Of a stretch of 64,000 nt of DNA, positions 1-15,911 are shown piece by piece. Within the stretch, counting starts at the first letter, position 1. Each line of letters starts with the position of its first letter. The stretch comes from Tubiluchus corallicola (taxonomy: Eukaryota > Animalia > Priapulida): contig JAQGDQ010000340.1 in the NCBI GenBank assembly GCA_030141605.1, positions 1-64,000 on the forward strand. Reading direction: 5' to 3'. Under the pieces are notes generated by a model. That model saw nothing but the letters and a program-made list of their open reading frames with translations, made no database searches and was not told where the DNA came from. The translations under genes were made by a program, and so were the position numbers.

Positions 1-259
1 TTGATTTTGTGAGAGACGGTTTTATCTTATCAGTTTGTAAATGGATGTAAAAGGATTAAATTCATAATACAATATGAATTTTAGCTAATGCACACATAGG
101 TACATATGTTTGTATACGTATATGTGTAAGTGAGGCAAAATTTATCCTTTGTTTTTTCGTAAATTTTAGCAAAAGGCCTTGTTCTTACATATTTGTAAGT
201 AAAGCGTGCATGTAGAAAAGTTTGTTATTTTTAATACTTTCCTAGTAGTGTAATCTAAA

Positions 260-585
260 TAATGCGTCTTGACGCGTGTTAACTACAATCGTGACGTGTC
301 ATGTGGGCAAAGCAAAGCCGTCTACCGCATCAGTTCAGTCACTTCAGTTCTTTTACGTGGACTTCACTTAATTATGCATTAGCCTGTGCGTAGAGTGATT
401 TACTAGCAGGATCTTGTTTGGGAACAAGAAGAAATGAACTAGGTAACGTTCTAACTGTTAAAGCTGTTACTGTTACAATAGAATTGCCTGCTCGGCGTTG
501 TCAAATCTACACAAATGCGTTGTCTAGTACACCTAACCTTTGAACCTTTTCACGATCGTCATTAATTACTGGAACTGTGAAAAGG
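260..585. repeat. Dispersed repeat with a second copy at about 55967-56252
   Basis: Shared blocks gtggg.aaagcaaagc.gtct, agagtgatttact, ttgtctagtacac, ggaactgtgaaaag. Confidence 0.85.
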
Positions 586-1347
586 CGTTCGTTATTATTT
601 TTTACTCAAAATTAACTGTTCTTTCCGATGGTGTTGTCAGTTTTGATTGCTTCTGTAAACGGCAGCAGGGCAGTGGTTTCTTGACACCTGTCCTTCGTGG
701 TATTTCCGCCGCTCGTTACCGTACGATCACTAATCGACGACGTGCGATCGCAGTGGGCTCTCTCAAAGAGAACTAGTGTCATGGCTCATTCATTCCAGAA
801 CTTCACTTATTTTTGATTTCTGAGAATAAAAAACAAGAAATAGAGAAAGTATTTAAAAAACTCCTTCATGTCTGTGATAAATTCCAGGGCAAGGGAGACC
901 AATGTTTTTGGTCACCCTGTACACATGTCCGCATCGTCTGTTGGAAAACTCTGCATTTGAACAGCAATCTAGGCGCTTTTGGTTTCACGGCAAATTCTAG
1001 CCGGTCTTTCATTTCTGGACGCCTTGTAGACAAACGCTGTCGAGAGCTTAAGTTATGAGTTTGTTTGCTCTTGAGATGATGGATTTTAATGTTATTAGAC
1101 TTGATGTCTTTGGTATCTAAAAGAAGTTTTCGGAAAGCATAGTATTAAAAATTAGTATTTTGTTGAAATTCACCGTAGTTTCTAGCTAGAGATAAAATAA
1201 GAGGAAACTAGGGTTTATTAAAACATCATCATCATCCTTATTTACAATAATGCTACAAGGTTAGGCGTACATATTGAATGATAGTAATAATACAAAATAA
1301 AGGTTAGATGTCACATATACGAGAATAATTGTTAGTATCTATTTAAC

Positions 1348-2730
1348 CTATGTGCAGTTACGTACTATATAAGAACTTTAGAGGACCTGTATAAGGAAAG
1401 CCTCTATGTACAGTTACGTACTATATAAGTACTTTATAAGGAAAGCCTGTATGTACAGTTACGTACTATATAAGTACTTTAGAGGACCTGTATAAGGAAA
1501 GTCTCTATGTACAGCTACGTACTATATAAGTACTTTAGAGGACCTGTATAAGGAAAGCCTCTATGTACAGCTACGTACTATATAAGTACTTTAGAGGACC
1601 TGTATAAGGAAAGCCTCTATGTACAGTTACGTCCTATATAAGTACTTTAGAGGACCTGTATAAGGAAAGCCTCTATGTGCAGTTACGTACTATATAAGTA
1701 CTTTAGAGGACCTGTATAAGGAAAGCCTCTATGTACAGTTACGTACTATATAAGTGCTTTAGAGGACCTGTATAAGGATAACCTCTATGTACAGTTACGT
1801 ACTATATAAGTACTTTAGAGGACCTGTATAAGGAAAGCCTCTATGTACAGCTACGTACTATATAAGTACTTTAGAGGACCTGTATAAGGAAAGCCTCTAT
1901 GTACAGTTACGTCCTATATAAGTACTTTAGAGGACCTGTATAAGGAAAGCCTCTATGTTCAGTTACGTACTATATAAGTACTTTAGAGGACCTGTATAAG
2001 GAAAGCCTCTATGTACAGTTACGTCCTATATAAGTACTTTAGAGGACCTGTATAAGGAAAGCCTCTATGTGCAGTTACGTACTATATAAGTACTTTAGAG
2101 GACCTGTATAAGGATAACCTCTATGTACAGTTACGTACTATATAAGTACTTTAGAGGACCTGTATAAGGAAAGCCTCTATGTACAGTTACGTACTATATA
2201 AGTACTTTATAAGGAAAGCCTCTATGTACAGTTACGTACTATAAGTACTTTAGAGACCTGTATAAGGAAAGCCTCTATGTACAGTTACGTACTATATAAG
2301 TACTTTAGAGGACCTGTATAAGGAAAGCCTCTATGTACAGTTACGTACTATATAAGTGCTTTAGAGGACCTGTATAAGGATAACCTCTATGTACAGTTAC
2401 GTACTATATAAGTACTTTAGAGGACCTGTATAAGGAAAGCCTCTATGTACAGTTACGTCCTATATAAGTACTTTAGAGGACCTGGTATAAGGAAAGCCTC
2501 TCTATGTGCAGTTACGTACTATATAAGTACTTTAGAGGACCTGTATAAGGAAAGCCTCTATGTACAGTTACGTACTATATAAGTACTTTAGAGGACCTGT
2601 ATAAGGAAAGCCTCTATGTACAGTTACGTACTATATAAGTACTTTAGAGGACCTGTATAAGGAAAGCCTCTATGTACAGTTACGTACTATATAAGTGCTT
2701 TAGAGGACCTGTATAAGGATAACCTCTATG
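1348..2730. repeat. 56-bp minisatellite, about 25 near-identical copies
   Basis: unit ctctatgtacagttacgtactatataagtactttagaggacctgtataaggaaagc; no unique spacers. Confidence 0.97.
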
Positions 2731-4090
2731 GGGGGAGGGGGGACATTTTACGCACTACACGGGTTTTTCCCTGCCTACATTTTTACATCATATGCATTTA
2801 TGCAATTACGTAATTAACGAACCGATGACAGCAGGTTCGTTAGAGTATTTTCACTTGGCTTTAAAGTTATTCATCGACAATTAGGCAACAATAGACTACA
2901 TATATATATATATATATATATACAATAGGACAATTTTTGTATATATATATATATATAGAGCTTTATTTAATGCTTCTTCATTTTCTAAAAATAGCACTGA
3001 TTATGTTTTTCCCTGCAGATTTTCTTATAGTCACCATACTGAGTGACTTGTTCTTTTCTTTAATGCTCCATGTTATCCCTAGCACTATTATGAAGCCAAA
3101 GAAAATGCGCAGCTTCGTTTTCCTCTACAAAAGAATTTTCCACAACGCATGTCATATTCCCATAATATCTTTTTACGCTTTTAACTCCTAAAACCATCTT
3201 ATGTCATCTCACCGAGGGGGATTAGTTTAAATGTGCCTCAAACATGGCTTCATCCGCTAAACCAATAAAGACGTTCATTAGCCATGTTCGAATCGCACCT
3301 TGACAAAGCAAAAATGCATTATACCTGTTTATGGACACAACGCGCCCCCTGGGAGGAAGGAGTATATAATGAGACACAGCTGCGCAGATGACTTTTAATC
3401 CCTAACATTCGATTCCACGGCTCGCAAGAAAGACGCAAAATCAAATCTGCAATGTTAGCCAGACTGCATTGATAACAGTAGACAAAGCGTGTTTTGAACG
3501 TTAACTGTTTCTTGCTGTGGCCGCCAGTCTACATTTAGGCCGGCAAGGTCTAAAACAAGCGAGTCTACAGGAAACTCAACACACTGGGCTGAGGAATCCG
3601 CTGGCAGGGCTAGAAATAGACAAATAACTGCACCAAAAAACATGCCGGCAACCGGCTGCGATAATAATAACACAGTGACCACCAAATGTAAGCAAATTAA
3701 GTGGCGAGAAGGGAAGGATTGACTAAGGGGAGGCACTTTTTCACGGAAAGGAGCTCCCGGAATTAAGAGAACGCAGGCTTCATACGCGTCGAAAGCTCTC
3801 TAAATCGAGGGAGCTAGAAGCAATGCAGATTGCAGAGGTATAATCAGGAACGAAAGAAATAGCTAGTACTGAAAATTAAGCAATCATGAACCTGCTCAGC
3901 ATTTAGTTGGGTGATTGGTTTGAAAACTTGCCCGGCCGGCTTTTTTGATCCGTTGTTTACCTGGTTGTAAGACGATGTTTATGCACCCGATAGTGACTAA
4001 GATTCTGTGTCATTTATTAGAGAACTGTTGAAGGTAATGATCTAGGTTCCGTCCTGCCACAACAATGTATAAGCAATCGTAAGTGACTAA

Positions 4091-4657
4091 AGGCGCGCTC
4101 AGATTAGCCAGTTTTCTGCCGCGAGTTTTCTCTCTCACAGCAAACTCGCATGTGTGAACGTCTTTACGAGTTACTGTCATCAAGTTATTGCAAACTCTCC
4201 AACAGTTGCTGCGAGCTCATTTACTGTCTAGTGTGAACGCCTCAGCGAGTTACTCTCGGCACTTCTCGCAGTGAATAGAGAAGTGAGTGTCAGCTCGTGC
4301 TTAGTATCGGAGAGTACCTCGCAGCAAGTTTTGCTCTGTAGTCTGAACACGCTTGCGAGTTACTCTCGATATTTCTCGTGGTGAATAGAGAAGTGAATGT
4401 CAGCTCGTGCTTACTGTTGGAGAGTACCTCATGGCAAATTTTCTTTCCTACTCTGAACACACCTGCGAGTTACTGTCTAGTGTGACACCTCGGCGAGTTA
4501 CTCTCGGCACTTCTCGCAGCGAATAGAGAGGTGAGTGTCAGCTCACGCTTTCTGTCGGAGAGTAACTCGCAGCAAATTTTGCTCTCTGGTCTGAACATGC
4601 TTGCGAGTTACTTGGCGAGTTTAGTTGGCGAGAAAACTCGCTAGTCTGAAAGCGCCA
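4091..4657. mobile_element. PIF/Harbinger-like MITE with internal GCGAGTTACT / GTCTGAAC repeats
   Basis: Imperfect 27-bp TIRs aggcgcgctcagattagccagttttct ... agaaaactcgctagtctgaaagcgcca, flanked by TAA and TTA. Confidence 0.65.
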
Positions 4658-4930
4658 TTAGGTATTACTGATACGTTCCACTGTAACCTTCTGTTAGTGC
4701 GAATGCGCCATTAGGTAATACTGATACGTTCAACTGTAACCTTCTGTTAGTGTGAATCTGCTGTTAGGTATTACTGATACGTTTAACGGTGTCACCTTCT
4801 GTTAGTGTGAATGCGCCATTATGTTTTACTGATACATTCAACTGTAAACTTCTGTTAGTGTGAATCTGCTGTTAGGTATTACTGATACTTTCAACTGTAA
4901 CCTTTTGTTAGTGCGAATCTGCTGTTAGTC
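4652..4930. repeat. About 53-bp tandem repeat, 5 copies, starting at the MITE terminus
   Basis: ttaggtattactgatacgttcaactgtaaccttctgttagtg recurs. Confidence 0.9.
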
Positions 4931-4976
4931 TGGAAAATGCAATAAGACATTCTTAAATACGTCTGCTAAAATATAC

Positions 4977-5347
4977 ATCCCTTAGCAAACCTATGAAAAC
5001 CAAAAATAACAGACTCAAAGCATTCCCTATTAAAGGCCATGCTATCTGCCTGAAAAGGGCCAACAAGCTTTTTCAACATCGTCTCAGTCAAACAATTTCC
5101 ATGCTTCAATTGTTTCATCATCCATGTACGAAAAAGAACTAACAGGACCGTTGAAATATATATATATATATATATGCATACATACGTTAGTGCTTTTTCG
5201 TACATGGATGATGAAACAATAGAGGCATGGAAATTGTCTGAATGAGACGATGTTGAAAAAGCTTGTAGGCCGTTTGTAGGCGGTCGTGTGGCCTTTAATA
5301 AGGAATGGTTTGAGTTTGTTATTTTTGGATTAGGTTTGGCAAGGGAT
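4977..5347. repeat. Long inverted repeat, arms about 165 bp, spacer about 42 bp containing (TA)n
   Basis: 4977-5143 is the imperfect reverse complement of 5186-5347 (e.g. gtttcatcatccatgtacgaaaaag / ctttttcgtacatggatgatgaaac). Confidence 0.93.
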
Positions 5348-5877
5348 CAAACTACTTAGTTTGAAGAGTGAATTTACAGTACAGTACAACACAATTACTG
5401 ATTTATATCAGTATTCCTACTTTGTGCAGTGCGGAAAGATGTAGTACATTTTAAGCACAGATACATAGTCAACAACTAGTTACTTCGAGACTATAATTTC
5501 ACAAATAATTAATTCAAAAATACGAGCAGTTAATTAGATAATACTTAATTGAAATATGCAAAACGTATAGTACACATTAAATGGTTTATGCTACGTCTCA
5601 GTATCGTCTGCCATGAGAGAATGCTGCACGCTCGCTTAAAACTGTGTTTCACTGTCATTCTAGGTCATATAAAGGCAAGTGATGTACGTGTATTCTTGCT
5701 AGATTATTATTCACTAATAAAGAGCACGTTTATTGCTCGAAAGATACACGATTAGGGTTTTTAAACTGTGTAATCGTAGCCAATTTGCAGCTGTTGAAAG
5801 ACGAATTTGTTGCAACAAAAACGCATTTTCTCTTTGCAATCATCAACATGTTTAACTAGATACTACGATGTCAAGAC

Positions 5878-6520
5878 AGAAAGAGAGAGAGGGAGAGAGA
5901 GAGGAGAGAGAGAGTGAGAGAGAGAGAGAGAGACTACGTACGTTGTTTATTACCCAGATAACTTACATTGTTTATTGTCCAGACTACTTACATTGTTTAT
6001 TACCCACACTATTCACATTGTTTATTACCCACACTATTTACATTGTTTATTACCCAGATTACTTACATTGTTTATTGTCCAGACTACTTACATTGTTTGT
6101 TACCCGCATTATTAACATTGTTTATTACCCACACAATTTGCATTGTTTATTACCCAGACTACTTACATTGCTTATTACCCATACTACTTATATTGTTTAT
6201 TACCCACACTATTAACATTGCTTATTACCCATACTACTCACATTGCTTATTACCCAGACTACTCACATTGCTTATTACCCACACTACTTACATTGTTTAT
6301 TACCCACACTATTAACATTGTTTATTACCCACACTACTTACATTGTTTATTACCCACACTATTAACATTGATTATTACCCACACGACTTACATTGTTTAT
6401 TACCCAGACTACTCACATTGCTTATTACCCACACTACTTACATTGTTTATTACCCACACTACTTACATTGTTTATTACCCATACTACTTACATTGTTTAT
6501 TATCCGCACTTCTTACATAC
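5878..6520. repeat. (GA)n followed by a 25-bp minisatellite (about 23 copies)
   Basis: unit acattgtttattacccacactactt. Confidence 0.95.
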
Positions 6521-7439
6521 TTGCAATCTAGCGTGAACCACTCTGGCTTGATCTCCTATAGTTTGATCTCCGGTTAGTAAAGAATTTTACTACCATTTAC
6601 TACTGCATTGTTAGTTATCACTGCTCTGGATGAGCTGAGTTCTGGTCCTCCCACAAGGCCGCAGCCATTCACATGAGCAAGCTCAATTGAGTACTATAGA
6701 TTTGCAGTATGTAGTATGCTACCTATTCTATAACGGAATAAAAGGGAAAATTTAAAGAGAAAAAATACATGAAAAAAATCAAGGTACTTACATATGTGTA
6801 TTGTTCTTGTTGTTGTTGTTGTTGTGAAGGCAGTTTTTGTCACGGTTTCAAGGCCACTTTCCAGTACAGCGCACAAAATGTGCGCCGCAGCTTAAAACAA
6901 TATTATTATTGTAAAAGGGAAGCCAAAGCTAGAGCAACAGAAGGAAGCCAGATAATATACAAGCTTCGCAGCTTGGCAACAAACAGACAGCTGCTTAGAA
7001 GAAGGCCAACTGCAGTGATACACAATCACAAATCATTCATGTTTGCATCACGGGAATCAAGATTGTACAATTATCAGATTTGCTTTAATGTCAAGATTGT
7101 ACACGTGTCATCAATGCAACATTCGAGTCAAAATTGTACGAATTGCTTCAATACATCATGGCTCTCTGGAGTATCAACTAGTGATGTACCAGAAGACTGT
7201 GGATGAAGATTTGCTAAAAGCAGTTATTTTTGCAAAAAAGATTTTTGATCATGTTATTATTTTGTAGCATAGCACACCACTGCACAATTTAAAATACTGA
7301 TATACTTAAATATTCTAAAGGAAAACCGGACTATTGATTAAGCTCAATGTTGCCTATAAAAGTTTACAATTGTTTCTAATATTTGTATAATTATCTTGGA
7401 AAGCAAAGTTATCGGCAAGCGAACACAGATATCGCTTGC

Positions 7440-8852
<1,413 letters not shown>

Positions 8853-9300
8853 AATGATAGGCATCTTCTCTGCGCGTCAAGCACGTCTGCGTAAACGAAC
8901 ATTGCTATAAGAAGCCGATGTGATGTCACGAAAATGAGCTCTACGTCACTATGACGTCACAGACGAACACTGCAGTTCATGATCATGCTTATCACGGTAC
9001 CTCGCCTATTTTTCAGCCAAGTAAATGTGTCAAAAGGGGGCCATTGCCAGCCTTATTGGATTCGCTGAGGAACGTGTGGCTTTGAAAGTTTAACAAAATT
9101 TAACTATCCGAGGTAATTATTATTTAATCTAAGCTGTGATTTAAAAAAAACTATTCTGGTTTTCAACATTTTTAGAACATACTTCGTTTTAAACTAATAT
9201 CTACGCAATCGTTCGGTTCTCCTTTAACTTTGGTAAGTTTTGTCATTTTTACAAGATCACTGCCAGTCTTTAAACACACATTAATAACACATAATAAATA

Positions 9301-9707
9301 TTACATGCGCCCACGACACTCATAGCTGTAACAGCTCACATTGAAACATTCAGGCAGTTCACAACCTATATTTATTGCACAACTGCACAAATCCTTTAAA
9401 GAAAAGAACAAGTCACTCAGTATGGTGACTATAAGAAAATCTGCAGGGAAAAACATAATCAGTGCTATTTTTAGAAAATGAAGAAGCATTAAATAAAGCT
9501 CTAGTTGATTTTGCGAGAGACGGTTTTATATTATCAGTTTTGTAAAGAGATGCAAAAGGATTAAATGCATAATACAATATAAATTTTAGCTCATGCACAC
9601 ATAGGTATATATGTTTGAATACATATATATATGTAACTGAGGCAAAATTTATCCTTGTTTTTTTCGTAAATTTTAGCAAAAGTCCTTGTTCCTACATATT
9701 TGTAAGA
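9301..9707. repeat. Dispersed repeat; pieces recur at 1-199 (direct) and 2957-3063 (inverted)
   Basis: 9504-9707 matches 1-199; 9396-9502 is the near-exact reverse complement of 2957-3063. Confidence 0.9.
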
Positions 9708-10559
9708 ACACCCTACCTCTGAACAGAAATTCTCAGGCGTGGTGGTTGCCGCCATTCACTTGAAAATCACGATATAGCTGGGAGACTTCGTGACTTTTCG
9801 TAAGCGCGTCGTGACTTTCCGTGGGCGCCGCACAGCTTAAACTAATTCAAACTTTTGCAGTTTTCTAAAGGTTCATGCAAACACATTACAAAATATCTCA
9901 TTTTTTGTAAAAACTTATTACACTTTTAGTGAAGATTTGCGGAGCGCTACTTTTCTTGAAGACGAATGACGTCATTGGAAGAAGAATGGGGCATTATGAA
10001 CTAGCTTGAACTCTATAGACAGTTTCTTTGCAAATTTCTTTTGTTATCTTTTTCCAAGTTTAAACGTTAGCAAGTCAAAGAAACACGACATGCTAAGCGA
10101 ATTGTCCTTTCCTTAGAAACTGACGATTTTGCCAGAAAATGCTTTACTTCAGTGAAAACTACGGTGTCCAACAAGGTTCCATTTTAGGGCTCATATTGTT
10201 TCAAAAACTTATAAATAAACCTAACTAGAATAAAATAAGCGAGTTTGCTCTGCAGTGCTGTCTTTGGTGTAAGTGAACAACAGTCAAAACCATCGTGCGA
10301 GCGTGAGTAGATGTCGAGAACGCAAGAAATGGCAATTCTGTAAAGTGCACCCTGGTGGTGGAATTCTAATTTGCTTAGTTCATTAAGCCATGCATTCACT
10401 GAAATCAAAACTGAAAAAGTAAACTGGCGAATCTAATCAGCTAACAGGTTCTCGTCAAAATGTCACGAAAGGAAATGAGAGTTTCGAAATTTTTGACATA
10501 TCAGAATCATAAGATCAACAATTCTCGCCTGTATGCTCTTAGGAATACAGAGGCCATTA

Positions 10560-10910
10560 TTTAGCTTAGCTTACATTAAATTAGTTTGGGATGGATTGGA
10601 CTGGATTGGACTGATTAAATTGGGTTGGGTTAGGTTAGGTTAGGTTAGGTTAGGTTAGGTTAGGTTAGGTTAGGTTAGGTTAGGTTAGGTTAGGTTAGGT
10701 TAGGTTAGCTAAGGTTATTTAGGTTAGGTGAGGTTAGGTTAGGTTAGGTTGGAATGGATTGGGTAGGATAAGATTGGATTGGGTTGGATCAGATTGGATT
10801 GGATTGGATCAAATCACATCAGATCACATTAGACTAGTTTAGATTAAATTAGATTAGATTATGCTACATTGGATTGGATCGGATCGGATCAGACCAGATC
10901 AGATTAGATT
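10560..10910. repeat. Pentanucleotide satellite with pure (TTAGG)n core at about 10630-10750 grading into TTGGA/ATCAG/TTAGA
   Basis: Direct reading. Confidence 0.93.
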
Positions 10911-11819
10911 TTTAAGCTACGAGCATTTACTCAGCAGTCTTCTTACTATTCAGTCCGTCACAAACTTATCATGCAATTATGAAAACCAATTTCCGAATTT
11001 TTGAAACCAAATTTAGTTAAGGAACTGTAAACAAGTCGGAAATGAACCAGGGTTTGAACTAGAGACCTTTGCATTACGTGTTTATTACCATTGCCATCAA
11101 ACTAAACAGTCAGTGCTGCTGACATAAATTCTAGCTTGAAAGTCTGCTTTATTCTTCTTCAAAAATTTCACTTCTCAATGATGTATAAGTCCTGTGGAAC
11201 TGCAGCATCCCCTATTTTCACTCGATATTATCGATAATATTCAACACTTGTCTTTTCTCTTTAGTTCTTTCTTTATGCTTGTACGGAACCAGAGCACGTT
11301 AGCGTAATACTGTTTACTTCACAATCCAGTACAGTGCGCTTCAGCAACACGGTGTTTGGCTTTTGTGCACATGTCTGGGCGCAGGTAGAAAAAGTACTGT
11401 CGCTCACACAGTTTGTTAGCAGTTGTCACGTGCGGTACCGTGAATGGATCAAGCGTGAACAGCGATAATTTAGGGTATTAGTAAGCAAAAAATATTTTTT
11501 ATTTAGGATTTTATCAAGTATATGTATAAACTTTCAAATGTTTGTGTGTTAAAAATTAAAATAACAACATTGAAATTACAATGTTTGTTTCGCTTTACAC
11601 AGTATTAAACAATTGAAAATTTTCTGAAGCGGCACCCCACTAATTTTAAGTACGAGCGGCCACTGCTTCCCATTGAAGAAATGGAACAAAACAACCCACC
11701 AGACTTTCTGGTGTACCAGCCTAAATAAAACATAAACAATGACCAAGCAGGAATAAGCAAGAAAGGACATTTACGTCACACGTGCATGTTTACAAATACC
11801 AAATTTTGTTCCAGGCATC

Positions 11820-11990
11820 ATGCCATGGGATTATAAACGCAAAGTTAATGATAAATTCGATTCCCAGGTGAAAGAGGAATCTTTTGATGGCACTCATTTT
11901 ATGGCCACTTGCAGAAAAAGCGGCTTTTATGGCTACGCGAATGTAATGAGTCGTAGATGTTTCAACGCAGAAGAAAATTTCATACCCGGA
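11820..11990 (+). mobile_element. Possible decayed 5' end of a pogo/CENP-B-type transposase
   Basis: ttccag acceptor then MPWDYKRK, resembling the MPRxYKRK start of such proteins; downstream similarity not recognisable. Confidence 0.3.
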
Positions 11991-11999
11991 TATTTAGGC

Positions 12000-12620
12000 A
12001 AAAAAGAAGAAAAAGAATGAGGGGAAGAAGAAGAAGAAAACAAGAAGAATGAGAGAAAAAAGAGAGGAAGAAAAAGAAGAGGACGAAGACGAAGTTAGCC
12101 CCTTTCTCTTCTAACTGTCTTCCCCTCCTCATTAGGCACAAAAAGAAGAAGAAGAATGAGGAGGGGAAGTAGAAGAAGAAAACAAGAACAATGAGAGAAA
12201 AAAAGAGAGGAAGAAAAAGCAGAAGACGAAGACGAAGTAGTTAGCCCCTTTCTCTTCTAGCTGTCTTCCCCCTTTCTGTCATTAATGCGATAGAACAGCC
12301 GTTGCCGAAAAGTATTTGTTTACTTTGGATTATGTTGTTTATCCATTCCTTTGTTTTAACCAATCACACAACCGTGCTGCATCATTGTTCTAGCCTGCAC
12401 AACAAAATAGCATACAGCTGCTGCAACTTCCATTGTTTAACCAGTCACACAACCGTGCTGCATCATTGTTCTAGCCTGCACAACAAAATAACATGCAGCT
12501 GCTGCAACTTTCATTATTTAACCAGTCTCACAACTGTGCTGTATCATTGTTTCTAACCTGAACAACAGAAAAACATGCAGCTGCTGCAACTACTAGCAAC
12601 GTTAACCAGTACACTACCGT
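12000..12620. repeat. GA-rich direct duplication (about 12000-12270) and a 3-copy about 83-bp tandem repeat (12355-12620)
   Basis: gttagcccctttctcttcta twice; cacaaccgtgctgcatcattgttctagcctgcacaacaaaata repeated. Confidence 0.85.
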
Positions 12621-13569
12621 GCAATAGCATTGTTTACAGTAGTACATTGCAAGCAATGGCATTGTTTACAGCTTAGCTCGCTTGCACGTTGAAATATTTG
12701 TTGTTTTTAACCTACATCGGTGCACAGCAACATGCAGTAGCCTGATAATCGTCTTATCCATTTCATCTCTTATGACTGACATTTTTCTCCAAGGTATTAT
12801 TTACCTGCCTTGATAACACTGAGCCAACAAGGTGAGCGCTCAGCCGTAAAAAGCGGATTACTGATCATGCCAAGTCATCCGTGACGGCTAAGAAGCCACC
12901 ATTGATACTAGCTAACAAACTAACAGAGCAATAGATAGACTACAATACAGGGGGATTCTGGTCTTAGGCTTCCTCTGGTTGAAGAGAAGCTTCTGCATTT
13001 CATGTGGAATGTACTGGTAGGTTTGGCTGTTATGGCTACCTTCTTTGAAGCATTTTAGTAAATCTGCTAATAATCGTGACACGTGCATTATCCTCATCAG
13101 CGCCTACATATTGCCTTATTGCATACCGGGCTTGAGTTGGCAGTAACGCTGTGTAAAACTCCTAAATTTAAACTCCCACGATAACGGTTAGGCGTAGCCA
13201 TTTTGACGATAAGTCGTTTGAGACAAGTTTAGAAAATGTTGTCTAAAGTTTGATATACTTACATGTCTTTTTGTATACAGTGCCTGTGTTTGCAGTAACG
13301 CTGTAGAAAACTTGTAATTCTGTTACTGTTAGAAGCAGTAACAAAACTTGTAATGACTGTTAGATGCAGCCATTTTGACGGTAAGTCGTTTGAAACAAGT
13401 TTACATAACGTTGCGCAACGTTTGAAAAATAATAAAAAAAATCGTAAATTTCCGCTGAACTTCAGTTTGTTCCTGGACCTGTCCTTTTTTCTCAGGCTAC
13501 TGTTTGGCACATCATTTTTAATGTTTCTGACATCACTATAGCAACGACCTTCCACACAAAAATAAACAA

Positions 13570-14830
<1,261 letters not shown>

Positions 14831-15352
14831 TAATATCATGAATGATCTTACTGAAATTGTTAAAAAAATTAAAAAGAAAATTAGAAGCCAAAGCATACAT
14901 TTGAGGCACTCTATTTGGTTTGCTTAACTAAGTTGCAAAAGTATTTGCTGATAAACTTCTGGAATCAGTGGCGATGTAATTTTCAGTGAATCAATGTTCA
15001 GATGGAGAATTCTACAGATAAGAAGTCCGAGAAAAACTGGCGTTATGCGCTAAAGTTTGAAAGTGAAAGTGGAAAAGGTGAAAAACTTTACTTTCACCAA
15101 ATGTCGCTGTATTAGGGTTTCTGCATGAAGCCAAGCTGCGCCCATTTAAAGCAGTCAGTTTCGGAGCAGTGTTTCTCAAACATTAATTTGACCTCCGGAT
15201 ACAAAATTTTAAACCGGGGGGAGGGGAGGATTGCGAAATGGCACTGAGGTTCTGGGGACGAAAACCAGCCAGATGAAGAATTCCAAACTGAGAATTGTTG
15301 AACAACGCTTGTTATATTATTAAATCAACACGCAGGTTACAACGGGTATTAA

Positions 15353-15911
15353 AGGAAAACCGGACCCAATCAAAACAACTTATTCTTTAAAATATTGAAA
15401 GAAAACATACTATTTTTTTCAAAAATGACTTACGTGAAAGAATTATTACTAAACAAATACAGTTTCACGTTCGCGTCACTAGTTCTTTGCTGTTACATGC
15501 ATTTCGCCGTTCGCTAGTTAGACGGGCACTCGCGCCTGCATTTCGGAAATGCGTTGCTGAAAAAACAGTGCTGAGTTTGTGGCGAACTACACACATTCGA
15601 AAGCCCATGCGTGAGCACAGTAAATTTGATTTTTTCTATCTTGAAACTTGCCTAGTTTTACTACAACACACTAAATCAGCAGCGCTGTACTTCAAGTTTC
15701 GCTTTAGCAAAAACGTGCAACACGCTCATGGAATGTTTTCTCTTTTAAAAATTATGTTAGTTTGTGATGTCATCAAAAGTTGGACTCGTTAACTGAGATT
15801 TTAATCTATTATTTAATTATGACAGTTTTACAGTATTATTGGTTTTAAAATGCATACACTTTATCAGACTTGAAAATGGGGTAGTATATGAAAAAATCAT
15901 CCTGTCTTCCT
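15353..15911 (+). mobile_element. Kolobok-like MITE family A; other copies 21170-21761 (-), 36070-36250 (- partial), 54538-55071 (-), 58965-59320 (+ partial), 60583-61143 (+), 63790-63879 (- partial)
   Basis: ttaa|aggaaaaccgg ... cctgtcttcct termini; the 54538-55071 copy has TTAA on both sides; shared core aaaaatgacttacgtgaaagaattatt. Confidence 0.75.

Noticed and set aside
1348-2730. CRISPR-like array (also considered for 52190-54045 and 5935-6520)
   Set aside because: Head-to-tail units with no unique spacers, no cas genes, eukaryotic context
6769-7267. 145-aa and 74-aa ORFs
   Set aside because: Partly (TTG)n-derived, no recognisable motif or consistent splice sites
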